In this document: positions 16,270 through 31,559 of the stretch, one piece after another | How the letters are laid out: each line of letters starts with the position of its first letter | How positions within the stretch are numbered: the first letter of the stretch is position 1 | Source of the DNA: the human T2T-CHM13v2.0 reference genome, Homo sapiens | NCBI RefSeq assembly: GCF_009914755.1 | Contig: NC_060941.1 | Direction: 5' to 3' (one strand) | Length of the DNA stretch: 64,000 nucleotides | Translations under genes and position numbers: made by a program | The notes under the pieces: model-generated | The model's database searches: none | Told to the model about the DNA's origin: nothing | The model's input: the letters and a program-made list of their open reading frames with translations, nothing else

Positions 16270-18909
16270 CTGTGTGACTTTTGACTCCAGTTTTTGGATG
16301 AATCAGGGTCCTAACAGGATACAAACAGCACAACCACTTTGGGGGACTGAAAAGAGCTTAAGACAGAGATGATGTATTATGGGATGGGCAGAGTTCAAGG
16401 AACCAACAAGGGAGAGTGCAGGTTCATGGGGCCAGCAGTGGTGGGAAGGCATGACCCCCACCCTCTGAAGTCAGACGGGGCAAGGAGAGCAGAATGTTTC
16501 CAGAACCCAGAGACAGCAGCTGCGGAGAAAGGACAGCCTGCCAGAAACTGAGGCTACTTTCCTTCCACCCTCTAATCTTCTGCTATTCGCTCCACTTGCT
16601 GAACTCAGCTGGAATCCAGTGGCCAAGGGAGCCTGCTGATGCAATCCCTATAAGGGCAGCTCTTGGGGCACAGATCAGGGGTGAAATGGAGACAAGATCT
16701 GGATGGGCAAAGGAAGGAGATCCAGCTCACGTTTCAAGGGTGAGTTTCCACTCTCGTGCCAGCGTTAGAGGGGGATGCTAGGGAGAGACAGCGCCCCTGA
16801 CATCCCCCCCAGCTCTAGACCTCTGTTGCCACTTGGCTTTCAGACATCTGTCCCTCGGTGCCGCTCAGATCTAGCACATCCAAACCAGACCACTGATCCT
16901 GCTACTCAGTTCTGAACCATTCTTGGACCTCCTGATGATGTGTCATGCTATTTTTCCAGATTTCTCTTCCTGGCCACCCAGGCTTAAAGCCTCAGGGCTA
17001 CCTCCACTGTGCCCTCTTCGACATGTGGTCAGTTGCTACCCCCTCCCTCCACAATCCTACACTCCACCATCTTACCCATCCTGTCTTTTCTCATTTTCTT
17101 CCAACTAGACCGGTGGCATCTACTTCTAACTGTCATCTCTAATCTCTTCCCCTTTAAATGTACCCTACACACCACAGCCTGATTAATCTGTCTAAAACAC
17201 AGCATGGATGGTGATTCATCTGCCCATGTCTCAACCAACCCAGCCCTTCCTTGTTCCCCAAATATGCCCCATGCTTGCCTGCCTTCATTTCTTGGCTAAA
17301 ACCTTTCCTTTGCCTGGAGGAGGGGCTGCCCTTCATCTTTTTCTCCTGAAGCCAAGCTTTCTTTCATGCTCCCAAAATATTTTCATCTTCCCTCCTCCCC
17401 TCTCTCTAGATATTCTGCTTGTACCTTTCTTATGGCACATATTCCAGCTTAACTTATATTACCGTAATTCGGGGACATGGGTTCTTTCTTATTTTCCTTA
17501 CCCCATTGCAAATTTGAGAGCCAGAGTCATGCCCTGTTCATTTCCGTAGTTGCCCCTGAGACCTAGCCAAACAGCTGGCACATAGTGGATGCTAAATCCC
17601 CATGCAGTGAATGAATGAATGTGGCTATCACTTAGGATATTTTCCAAAAGCCGTATGTACAATATATTTCTTGGCCTGTCTCTCTTGTCTACATAATGAT
17701 ACAAATCAAGGAAGGCCCTAACGAGTCCCATGTTGATTGTGGGGCATATGACTAATCCCGTAATACACTTGGACTGCTTTATGAAAGCACTTTTCAAACA
17801 GCTTTATAGCATATCTAGGCCACAAGGTTGGGAATAGATACCTAGAGATTTATTGGATCATTAAATGAACTAGGGAACAATAGGCATTGTGTTAATTTAC
17901 ACACACAGTGGGAGAGATCCAGGACACCTAAACCATCCCCATGTTAAAAATCAGCCCTCAGGCCCCATATAGTCTGCAACTCACCCAAAAGTACCCCCAC
18001 GAGGTACACAGGAGCCTCTCCCCAGGCTCATGGAAACAGCAACAAAAGTCTTAAAGTCTTAAGTCCACCACAAAGATCTGATCGGTGTAGGTGGGGGAGG
18101 ATGGGTGGTGGGAGAGAAGAGAGGAATTGTCAAAAGTGCAGTGATTTAGTGTCTGTCTCTTTCTTCCCTTCTCCCTCCCTCCCTCCCATCACCCTGCCTC
18201 CTGCACAAGGAACTATTGAGAAGGCACAGAACAAACGCTCCCTTATGCGGCTCCCACGGCGTCTCTCGGTTTGTCGGAGACAGCTGCCCAAAGCACGCTA
18301 TGGTTACTCATTACCCGGGTTCCCAGGCAGGAAAAGGAGCAAACTTAATAGACTCGAACTAACCCTGAGCTCAAATACTCCAGCCATAAATAAATAAATA
18401 AGTCAGGTGTACCAGGGGAAGGGGAGGGAAGTGAACGGGGAATGGCTGGGGAGGGGTCGGCAGTGTAAGCGGACTGAGTGGGGCCGGGTTGCGGGGGCGG
18501 GGGTGGCGGTGAACACAACCCAAGAGTTTCTGAAAGGGGAGGGGAAGGATGGAGGGAGGGAGGAAAACTCTTTTCTCCCTTTGGAGGAAGGACAGAGGGT
18601 GTTTGTGTTGCTTGCTTGTCCCCGCCTGCAGAGTGGACGAGAGGCTCTCAGCTGGCCATCTGGGGACCTTGCGGAAAACTAGAACTTTGAGGGGAAAGGA
18701 AAGAAAGTCCTGTTTCTCCAGCGTGAGATGTGGCTGGGGTTTTGCTTTCCTCCTGACTCACAGAGTAAATGGTTTAGTTCATGGCCATCGAAGTGCCCAT
18801 TGAACAGATGGGAAGGGCAAGGATGGAGAGAGAAGCAAAGGGACTGAGGGGCAGAGTGACTGTTGGCAGGAAGTCAGTCGTGCTCCAAAACTTTGAAGTC
18901 GTCTCTATG

Positions 18910-19454
<545 letters not shown>

Positions 19455-20227
19455 TCAAGATGTAAGTCTCAGAACCCAACCTCCATCCCAGGCTGCCTCT
19501 AATTCTGCAGAGGGCATCTGTCAGTCCATAACAGGTCCATAAATTCACTCCTTCTTCCAGGGTGAAGAATGGAGAAAAATCAAAGAACAGCACATGCAAC
19601 GATGCATTGGTGATCTCCTTCCTGCTAACCCTGTGGCCAAGAACACAAAGCAAACACAACCCCCAACAGAGAAGGCAGGGGAGGAGCCCACCAGTCAAAC
19701 CAGCATTCCCTAGTCCCCGCCTGATCATTGAACAGACTTGAGGGGGCGCAGCATCTTTTACCTGGTCTCAGAATTTCTGCCAGTCTTGGCATGTTGGGGG
19801 CTTGGGAGGTTGCATTTTGGGTTTTGTTTTATGGCTTAATCTGGACCTCAATTCAGTCAAGTCAATGAGAGCAGGGACAGTCCCCAGTCACCATCTCAGG
19901 ACCATGGCAAAATGTAATGAGCTTTTTCAGGAATTTAAAGTACTCACAGAAGGGCCTTCTGCAAAAATGAAGCATGACCCAATGAGTGTAGCCCAGCGCA
20001 GTGAGGGTGGACAACTTCAAGGCCATTGTTTTTCAGGGGGCTGTGGCAGCCAAGAGTTGCTGGGCCCTGTACAACCGTCAAAGTACTCCCAGGAATGCCA
20101 CTGGTCTTTCCACAGTTGTCCAGGGGTGGAGAATCCACTGAGGGTCAATGACTCTGTTACAGTCATGTCAGTACCTTAAAGGTTTGTGGTGGGGGGCTGT
20201 GGAGGAGTTGGGGAGGGATTATATCTG

Positions 20228-20402
20228 TAGTGTGTGCATGTATGTGATGTGCATGTGCATGTATGTAATGTGTGTGTAGATGTGTGTGATGTGCAATGTT
20301 TGTGCATATGCGTGTGCTTGTACCTGTATGTGATGTGTATGCATGGCATGTATGCATATATATAATGTGTGTGTGTATGTGTGTGCCTGTGTGTGTGTGT
20401 AT
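20228..20402. repeat. Degenerate TG/TA-rich simple repeat
   Basis: tgtgtgcatgtatgtgatgtg... low complexity. Confidence 0.85.
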
Positions 20403-21689
20403 GACACACCAGCTGATCAATGCCAGAACAAGAAGACCAAGGAAGATTCCAGAGATAAGACTGTCCTACATCTCTGATTGATGGGCATCTTTGAAGAGGT
20501 AGGCTAGCATCTAGAGGCTTCGAGAGGAAGCTCTGCAATTTCAATTCCTGTCTCTGCTACTTCGGAGCTACGTTACCTTGGGCAAGATGTTTAATTTCAG
20601 CAAGACCCAGTTTTTCTCGTCTCTGTAGAGGGGCAATAAAAGGACCTACCTGTGGGTTTCAGGAATTAGTGAATTCATGGAAAGCACCTAGCACTGGGCA
20701 CAGAGCAAGCACACAGATGTTGCCTGTTCCAATTATCACTGCTTCAGGAGACAGTTCTTCCTGGAGTCTAACCTAAGGCTGCCTGCCTCCTTCCCTGCCT
20801 CCGAGGGACTCCATTCCCCTGATCACCATCTCTGTGTGACACAGTCCTCTTGACTTTAGCTGCTTGTCTTTGGGAATGTCAAAACTCAACACTCCAGCTG
20901 TCCCCGGTTCATGTAGCCCAGCCAGGAAGGAACCGGGGGAGCTGATCACCAACTCTCAGCCTCACACGTACCTCGGGGACCCCAAAACATTTTCTGGTGG
21001 CCCAGCAGACTGAAAAAGTCTGGCTGGGGTTTTCCCCCTTTGTGCCTGCAGCCAATGCCAGCTGAGGCTTTCCCTCCTAATTCCCCAGATGCCTGACGGC
21101 GTTATTGCCACAATAAAGCAATGACAGTCCCCTATCAGCTCTCAATCAGCCTAGCCTGCCCTTCACAACCGGTTTGTCAGACCGCCCCGCCCTTCCTCGT
21201 TGTTAGCTCTCTGCTTGCTTATCTGCTGCTGGAGACAGAAGTCTCTGGTTTAATTGTGGCAAATTAATGATTGAACTCCACAGCCAACTCCTCCCCAAGT
21301 GCACGACAATCCCTCCCATTGAAGGCGCCAAGAAGGAACTCACTGTCATCGCCGAGACCAGAGTCAGCGGGTGAAGGCAGCGACCAGTTCTGGAACCACA
21401 TTCAGTCCCACACCCAAGCAGCTGAGCGAAACTCTTCCTCCTCCACGAGGCCTCTCCCAGCCCTTCAGTTCATGATGCCTTGGTGAGAGAGGTCTGTATA
21501 GCAACACGGCTGCACTGAAGCTTCCTTTGTAGGTCGATCGATGGTGCTGTGCCACATAAATCACCAGCTTATTTCTCCTGGCATGTGAGCACCTATGCCC
21601 GATGAGAGCAGATACATAATCAGTGTTGAGTTAATGAAGGAGCACAGATGAGTCTCCTCTCCCGACTCAATCAATTTTATTGTATAATG

Positions 21690-21880
21690 GTGGCTATATA
21701 TTTAATAACATGTAACTCACAGGCTCGGTTTCAAGCACTTCCTCCTAATAACTCTACGAGGTAGGTACTGTTGCCATCAACACCTGTTTTACAGATGAGG
21801 AAACTGAGGCACTGAGAGGTTAAGTTGCATGTGTAAGACTCTAATGAGTGGCAAACTAGGATTCAGACTCAGCGTCCACA
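21690..21880 (-). mobile_element. MIR
   Basis: ttttacagatgaggaaactgaggcactgagaggttaag core. Confidence 0.75.
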
Positions 21881-21985
21881 CACCTAAGCATCACAGTATA
21901 CCCCACCCATGAGGATGCTACCCTTATATAAAATGGTAAAATGAAAACCTGGACTCTACCACCCAACTGAAGATCTAGAAGATGA

Positions 21986-22872
<887 letters not shown>

Positions 22873-23199
22873 TAAGCTATTTTAATTTGTATTTAAGGAT
22901 ATATTCTTTGCCAAATGTTATAGAGTTTACAAAATAGCTCCTTGTCCATCTCTTTCAGCACATAATCCCCACTCCTTTCTTTTTCTAACAATCTGGAAGG
23001 CTCTACAATGATGGCACCCATGTTTGACAAAGGGTTTCTGGGCACTTCTGAACAGCCTGGGAATGTATTAATAGTTGGGAACTGAGATCAATATGTCTTA
23101 GATGTTTCATGGCCTAAGGGACAACAGCACGGTATTGTGATGAGGCTAAGAACAGGCTTTGGAGTCAGGCGTTCCTAGGGTTGAATCCCTCGTGTCAAT

Positions 23200-23850
23200 C
23201 AGCTGTTGACACAAGACTGTTGCAAACAAATGACTGGAACACTCAGTGGCTTAAAACAAGGGATATTTCATCCTGCATTTGCAGTCCTGCAAGGCTGACT
23301 GTGGTTCTGTGATCTACAATGGACTCAATGTGCAGCTTAGCTTGAGTATGCCTATTGACGGAGCTTGGATCCCAAGCCATGGGTTGGTATCCATTATCTA
23401 CTGCTGTATAACTACCCCAAAACTTAGTACCTTAAACAACAATTACGATTTCTTTCTCATGATTCTTTGGGTTGCCTGGGCTGATCTGCTGATCTTGCCT
23501 GGGTTCGCTCATGTGGGTAGGGTCCAAGACAACCTCACCTGTGCAGCAGTTTGGTGCTGGTTACCCACTGGGGCTCTTCCATTCTCTTCCACGTGGCTTC
23601 TTCTCAAGCAAGCTAAACAGACTTCCTCACAATATGGTGGACCCAGGGTTCCAAAAGGGTGGGAGTCCAACATGCAAGATCTCTCAAGGGTTAGGCTCCA
23701 GAACCCACACCCTTTGCTTCTGCCACATTCTATTGGCCAAAGCAAGCCACAAGGCAGCCCCCAGGTGTGGGATGGTAGAGAAATAGACTCCCGCTCTTGA
23801 TGACACAAGTGGCAACGTCACACTGCAAAGGGCCATGAATTGAGGTCCGT
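23200..23850 (-). mobile_element. Old MaLR LTR fragments (MLT1-type)
   Basis: ctcagtggcttaaaacaa; ttctgccacattctattggccaaagcaagccacaagg...ctcttgatg MLT1 hallmarks. Confidence 0.6.
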
Positions 23851-24127
23851 GTGATTCCTTGGTTGGTGGGGGGCAGCGCAGGGAGGTGATTAACACAGTC
23901 TAGCACATTCGGGCCCTAGTCGACTCATGTTTTTTCTCAAGCCAAGACTGAAGGGCCTGTTGTAACCTGGGACACACACTTCTTCAGGTGACCACAGGAG
24001 CCCAAACCAAGCCAAAGTGCACAAGTACCTGGCAGCTAGTACTCCTGGTGTGGTTGCTAACATTCCATCAGCCAAAGCACATCACACGGCCAAGGCCAAC
24101 ACCACGGTGCAAGGATAGCAGGAAAGG

Positions 24128-24130
<3 letters not shown>

Positions 24131-24172
<42 letters not shown>
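24131..24172. repeat. (TG)21 microsatellite
   Basis: Perfect dinucleotide run. Confidence 0.97.
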
Positions 24173-24176
<4 letters not shown>

Positions 24177-24631
24177 AAACCAAAAAATAAACCAAGCTAT
24201 CATAGCCCCACTGTAAATTCTCATTCATAGTTGACCCATCAAAAACATGGGTTGTTTTAAGGCAAAGTGACCAATTCATCCCTATTTGCTTGGGACTTTG
24301 TTGGATTTAGTACTGAAAGTCTCATATCCCAAGAAACCTCTCAAACCTGGGCAAATAGGGATGGTTTATCTTCCCTATTTTGAGGACTAAAGGAGATCCT
24401 CCCAATGGCTGCCAGCCAGATATCATCATTATGACTAGCCCCACTCTGCAGAAGAGAAAAGCAACTTTTCAGTGGCTGTAGAGACAGTAGGTGGAGTAGC
24501 CAATATTCAAACCTGACCCTATTGAAGCAGCTCTCTCCTATCATATGTTTCTCATGCCTGTTGCCTCCAAAGTCCTTCTCATTTGAGGTCTCCCTGGTCT
24601 TTATTTTTTTTGTATTAAAACAATTTATCTT

Positions 24632-25198
<567 letters not shown>

Positions 25199-27851
25199 TA
25201 TAAAGGGGAATGAGTTTCTCTCTGTAAAGGGAGAAACCAAGTCCCAGAGAAGTTAAGGGGGACATCTGCCAATGAGGTATATGGAATACTGGGGCCAGCC
25301 TGAAACAAAGGGTAGACACAGGAAACAGAGGGGCTAACCCGTAACCAGGAGGAGGCCCTGAGAGCCAGGGAGGAGGATGCTGCCTGGGCTTGGGCTGGGC
25401 TTGGCTGAGAATGGCTGAACCTCAGCACTAAGCCTCTCCCATCTCCCATGACTTAAGCTTTGGGAAATGGCCCATGAGATCTGACCCTCTAGAGTTGGAT
25501 TCCAATCCTGAACTGGGCTCTAACTCACTCACTGTGTGGCCCAGGGCAAGCTGTTCAACCTCCCTGGGCCTCCATTTCTCTGTTTATGGATGACCTGCCT
25601 GACTTTCCAAGAATCACTGGGAAACGGAGCCTTGGAGTTCCCTAGAGAAAGGAGGTGTCATAGTAGGCTATCTGGCCATCTTGCAGGTGAACCCCAAAAG
25701 AGTGGCTTGGTAGTTTTTTCTCAAAGAAATTCCACAAAGAGGAGGTATGTTGTAATGGAAGAGTATTGGATTTGGCATCAGAACACCAGGTTCCAGTCCT
25801 GATTTGCTATTTAAAAGTCACCCATCATCTCAAAGCTACGGTCTTGCTTGAGTGTGAATCACAATTCTTGCCTTGTACAGGAGGATCAAATCAGGCAGGA
25901 ATGCAACCACATCAGTCACCTGGAAGGAACGCAGGCATCCGCAGAGGAGGGGGTGAGGTGTGGAGTCTCTGCCCGAACATCGGTTAAGTGGTGAGTGAAT
26001 TGACTGGGATGAAACTGATGAGGATGGTAGTAACGATGCTCTAAAGCACCCGAGTTTTCCCCCAGTTCCCTCAGGGAAGCCCCACTCTGAGACCTGGGAC
26101 CGCCACTCCCAAATCCCTGTCCCAGATTCTTTCCTTTTCCGAGGGCATCTAGAGGACAAGCACCTTCTGATCGGAATGTTTTCCAAATACTCAACATCTG
26201 GAAGGAGCTGTTACAAAGGCCCCCTTTGTGTAGCCGGGAAATGGGCTGGCAATAAAACAGGGCCAGACCCTGCCGAGCTGGGAATGGCAGTGGGGAGAGG
26301 GTGGGTGAGAGGAGCAGCGCGGAACAGGCTGGGAGGAGGACCTGTGAGAGCAAGGTCTCCGAGAGGGGTGTCCGGGCAGCATGGGACAATGGAGAGTGAC
26401 CATTGCATATCCAGCGCTTTCTATGTGCTTTCTCTGTAGTGTCTTATTTATGTAAAAGAAAGTTTCAGCAGTGGTCACAGTGAGGGGGGAAGATGTATCT
26501 GAAGCGTGGTGGGAAAGATGGAAGAATTCACTCAACAGTATAACATTTTTCAGGTCTTGACAGAGAAGGCAGAAAAACCTTCCCTGCTGGAGTGTTAAAA
26601 GGTGACAACGCCCCAACCCTGTTTCTAACCTGCATCATTCCCCCACTTCCTTAGAGCCATGTGCTCAGAAAGCAGGTCCAGGTGCCCTTGCAGGAGCCTC
26701 CTGTCCCTTTGTTCCAGCAGGTGTCTGTGAGTCTGTGTGCACGCCCTTGGGGGCTTATGGGACCTATAAGAACAGATGATTCTTCCCGTCTGTTCTGCCA
26801 CAACCAAGCAACGCTCTGCCCTTCCTTGTATGCCCCCTGGCCCCAAGGCAGTCTGAAAACACAAGGGAGTTCTCTTGATGGAAACTTCTTGGGAGACTGC
26901 AGGCCTGCTATGCAAAAGTCGCTTCCCAAAAGCCAGAAAGCCATATGCTGTTTATTTCCAAAAGTATCTGGAAATCAATTCAGGCAGCTCTTGCAGAATT
27001 TCAGAATCTCGGGGCTGGAACGAATCTCAGGAGCCCGATTGCAAATGGGCAGTGGATGGACCACCTGCTTTAGACTCCACGAGGGGGCTTGTTAAACATG
27101 CAGAGTCCTAGGCTGAGCCCTGGAACCACCTGGTGAGCGGGGATGGGGAGTTGGAATCCAGAAATCTGCATTTGGTAAGCTCTATGAGTGATTTTTCATT
27201 CAAGTGTGAGAAGTATTGATCCAAATCCTGACCCAGCCTCCAGGACAGCAGCACTTGCTAAGGTGAGACACACGGCTGTTTTTTTCCATTCTTAAACATA
27301 TCTAAGGCTGCATGCATTTCCCTCAGCATTCAGAAAGGCTTTCTCAACTTTCTTTTTTTATATCTAATCTTAGCTTTCTGAGCATCCTCCTTGCATAATT
27401 TATTGAGCACAGACTATCTACTGGGTGAGTTCATTGCATATTGCCTTTTTACTATTCATGGCATCCTTTGAGTCACATACAGTTGGAGGCAGCTGGAGAG
27501 GGAGGGGAAAATAAGAAGAAAGGAAGTCGTCAGAAAAGAAGGGAAAGGCAGAGATGAGGAAGACCTTCCCTTATCTCCTGCCTTTGGGAACAATAAGCTG
27601 ACTTCTTGGTGTGTCCTGGTCCTTTTTACAACTGGAGCAGATAGAGTGTTATTGAAACTCAGAACTGCCACATTTGGAAAAACTAAATTCTACTTTTGTT
27701 TTTCCAGACTTCCCAGGCCATATTACATCTTTCTGACCAGTTGGATGCTATAGGAAGTCAGCTCAGATGCTTCTAGGAAACCTTAGGCTTTTGTGAGAAA
27801 AAGAAGGCATGCAGCTGGTACTAGCCTCCCCTCTTCTTCCAGCATTGGACA

Positions 27852-28670
27852 GTGCATTCATTTTCTAGGGCTGTCCTAACAAATTACCACCCTCTGGTGG
27901 CTTAAAGCAAGAGGATCTTATTATCTCAGAGTTCTGGAGGCTAGAAGTTTAAAACCAAGGTGTCAGTGGGGCCATACTCCCTCCAAAGCCTCTAGGAGAG
28001 AATTTTCCTTGCCTCTTCCAGCTCCTGGTGCTTCCTGGCTGATATGGTTTGGCTTTGTCCCCACTCAAATCTCATCTTGAATTATAGCTCCCATAATTCC
28101 CACGTGCTGTGGGAGGGACCAAGTGGGAGGTAACTGAATCACATGAACAGGTTTTTTCTGTGCTGGTCTTGTGATAGTGAACATGTCTCATGAGATCTGA
28201 TGGTTTTATAAAGGGGAGTTCCCCTGCACTTGCTCTCCTGCTGCTGCCATGTAAGACGTGACTTTGCTCCTCATTCACCTTCTGCCATAACTGTGAGGAC
28301 TCCCTAGACATGTGGAACTGTGAGTTGATTCAGTTGATTGAACTTCTTTCCTTTATAAATTACCCAGTCTCTTCTTTCCTTTATAAATTACCCAATTTAT
28401 TAGCAGCGTAAGAACAGATGAATACACTGGTATTCCCTGGCTTGGGACAACATCATTCCAATCTCTGCTTCTGTCTTCATATGGCCTTTTCCTCCCTGTC
28501 GTTGTGTGTCCTTCTCTGTCTCTTATAAGGACACAATCACTGAAGCTCACTCTAATCCCATATGATCTCATCTCAATCCTTAACTACCTCTGAAAAGATT
28601 CTATAAGGTCACATTCTGAGGTTCCAGGTGGACATGGATTTTGGTGGAGGACACTATCCAACCCACCACA
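27852..28670 (-). mobile_element. MLT1 (MLT1A/B-like) LTR interrupted by a THE1 LTR
   Basis: ttctagggctgtcctaacaaattaccac...gttctggaggctagaag...; resumes after 28431 and ends acccaccaca. Confidence 0.75.
28040..28426 (+). mobile_element. THE1 solo LTR (MaLR)
   Basis: TGATATGGTTTGGCT...AATACA; 5-bp TSD ctggc/ctggt. Confidence 0.88.
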
Positions 28671-28681
28671 GATAGGGACAT

Positions 28682-29056
28682 TGTATTAGTCCATTCTCAT
28701 GCTGCTATAAGGATATACCCAAGACTGGGTAATTTATAAAGGAATAGGTTTAACTGATTCACAGTTCTGCAGGGCTGGGGAGGCCTCAGGAAACTTGCAA
28801 TCATGACGGAAGGGGAAGCGAACACATCCTTCTTCACATGGAGGCAGGAGAGAGAAGAATGAGTGTGAGCGAAGGGGAAGCCCCTGATAAAACCATCAGA
28901 TCTCATGGGAACTTACTCACTATTATGAGAACATCATGGCGGAAACAGCCTCCGTGATTCAATTACTTCCTACCAGGCCCTTCCCATGACACGTGGGGAT
29001 TATGGGAACTACAATTCAAGATGAGATTTGGGTGGGGTCACAGCCAAATCATATCA
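28682..29056 (-). mobile_element. THE1 solo LTR (MaLR)
   Basis: tgtattagtcc...cagccaaatcatatca; perfect TSD GACAT (28677-28681 / 29057-29061). Confidence 0.9.
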
Positions 29057-29654
29057 GACATGATTTACAGAGCCACGGAAGCCTGAGGGGCAGCATGAGG
29101 ACAAAAATAAGCTAAGAAAGGCAGAGACATCAAAGGCTAAATGTGAAGACTCTGAGCTGAGCCATGAGCTGTCAGGTCTGGAAAGAGTCAGTGCAATAAA
29201 AACAGCATGGTTCATATTGGCTGTGGAGTCACCCAGACCTGGGTTTAAATTCCAGGCCACTGTCACTTTCAGGAGGGAAACCCAGAAGAGTTTTCTCATG
29301 CCTTTAAACTTTATCTAACCTCTTTGAAAACTTTATTTGAGGAATACACAAGATAACACACTCAATAATTCACTCACACTCCTTGTTCTTTACCTAACAG
29401 CAGCAACTTTGCCTTACTTATTTTCATATCTCCTGCATATGACACATAATATACAGTAATTAATATTTGTGGGCCCAGAGTAATCAACCAAATATTTGTT
29501 ATGTGTCAGTAGCTACTTTAAATATTACAAAGCTTCAGTTTCTACCAGTGAAATACAGGGATTTGTTGGGCCTGGGCTACTGGAGTGTTACTGGAATAAT
29601 AGGCCATTAAAGATCAGGAAGGCTTCCAGTTCAACGTGGTAGACGAAGTATGCA

Positions 29655-30067
29655 TGTGTGCCCCCACTCCAATCTCACATTAAATTGTAATTCCCCAGTG
29701 TCAGGGGTGGGGCCTGGTGGGAGGTGATTGGATCATGGGGGTGGGTTTCTCATGAATGGTCTAGCACTGTCCCCCTTGGTACTGTCCTCATGATAGTGAG
29801 TGAGGTCTTATGAGTTCTGGTCGTTTAAGTGTGTGCAGCATCCCCCCACCCGTGCTCTCTTGCTTCTGCTCTGGCCATGTTACGTGACTGCTTCCCTTCA
29901 CCTTCTGCCATGATTGTAAGCTTCCTGAGGCCTCCCCAGAAGCTGAGTAAATGCCAGCACCACGCTTCCTGTATAGCCTGCAGAACCATGAGCCCATTAA
30001 ACCTCTTTTCTTTATAAATTACAGTCTCAGATATTTCTTTATAGCAACGCTTGAATGGCTTAATACA
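29655..30067 (+). mobile_element. MST-type MaLR LTR
   Basis: ggggcctggtgggaggtgattggatcatgggggtgg...cctcttttctttataaattac...taataca. Confidence 0.8.
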
Positions 30068-30197
30068 ACATGATCCTTTCCACTCCTTCCCTAAGCCCCT
30101 GAAATGATAGTAAACAAAATTAAAAGATAAAAAAAAGTCAGAAATACAAGGAGAATGAGAGATGAGAGGACATGAGAGGGTTTTGAAAGTCAGCAGC

Positions 30198-30731
30198 TCT
30201 CTCTTCTCTCTTCCTTGGCGCTGCCTACGGAGGTGGCAGCCATCTCCTACTCAGCGTCGTGGCTACCCTCAGATCCCTCGTGAAGCCCAGGATTGTGAAA
30301 AACAGAACCAAGAAGTTCATCTGGCACCAGTCAGATCCATATGTCAAAATTAAGTGTAAATGGCAGAAACCCAGAGGTACTGACAACAGGGTTCATAGAA
30401 AGTTCAAGGGCTGCTCAACATTAGTTATAGGAGTAACAAAAAAACAAAGCACATGCCGCCCAGTGGCTTCCGGAAGTTCCTGGTCCACAATGTCAGGGGG
30501 TTAGAAGTGCTGCCGATGTGCAACAAATCTTACTGTGCTGAGATGGCTCACAATGTTTCCTCCAAAAATGGCAAAGCCATCATGGAAAGAGTAGCCCAGC
30601 TGCTCTCAGAGCCACCAACCCCAAGGCCAGGCTGCACAGCGAAGAACAGGAATACACAGCTCACGTGCATGTCTTATTTGTGTTTAAACAAAACCATAAA
30701 AACTGCCTGAAAAAAAAAGAAGAAAAAAAAA
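30198..30731 (+). pseudogene. Processed pseudogene of ribosomal protein L32 (eL32)
   Basis: 5' TOP-like ctctcttcc leader; intronless match to RPL32 ([20 protein letters not shown]...[11 protein letters not shown]...[18 protein letters not shown]). The start codon is mutated to GTG (30259), a ~10-nt deletion near 30410 shifts the frame, the poly(A) tail is at 30710-30731, and there is a degenerate TSD (aaagtcagcagc / aaagtgtcagcaac). Confidence 0.93.
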
Positions 30732-31559
30732 GTGTCAGCAACTGATTTAGCTGATTAAAAAAAGGTGAAGCACAACTGACTACAGAGGAAGAGGCCATGC
30801 AAGGTAGCCGACCCACACCTTGACACACCAGGATGCAAGGAATTGGATGGAGTCACCTATTGTCTCCCAAAGCAGTGTGTGCAATGGGGCAGGGAACAGC
30901 AGGCTTCCTTGAGAATCTGTACCAAGCTACCGGAGCTCCCGGATCCCCAGCACATCCCTGCCCTGTGCACCAAGCAACTCCTCATCCGCCACAACAGGAG
31001 ACAAAACTGAACCAGGGAGAGTCCAGATGTGGAGACTGCATAGGGCAGGGGCAGCACAAGGACCAGAAGACAGGGGTAAAAAAGAAATGTCTACATGCCC
31101 CTTCACCTAGTTTGCTCTTCAAATGTTAGAGACCAACTTACAATCCACCCATGAGAACGGTCTGGATTCCTCTGTGGTAAGATAGATCATCCCAAGAGAA
31201 AACCCTAAACATAGTGATATTTAAGAGTCTCCAGTGAAAAGTGGAGTCTCTCTCTAAGTGCCCTACAGCGAGATTTACCAGCTCTCTGGTCCCATCCACC
31301 TCCACCCCTACATCCAGAGCATTCAATGAGGCAAGCATCATCAGGCAGTCGGAGAAAATTCCCAGTAGGAAAGACAGAGACTAAAATAAGAAAATAGTGT
31401 GGGGCAGTGGGGGTGGTGGGAGCAGGGAAGGAGAAAGAAACCTGGAGAAAATAGGGAGCAAAAGAGAAAAAAAAAGAAAAACGGTGACCTCCTTTCATTA
31501 TTATCCCTGGATAGACAGAAGAAAGAATTGCCTTCAGGAAAGAAGAACAGAAGGCCACA

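Noticed and set aside
20163-20544. His/Thr-rich ORFs suggestive of metal binding
   Set aside because: Translation of a CA/TG low-complexity repeat.
30259-30710. RPL32-like ORFs as a functional gene
   Set aside because: No ATG start, frameshifts, a poly(A) tail and a TSD mark it as a processed pseudogene.
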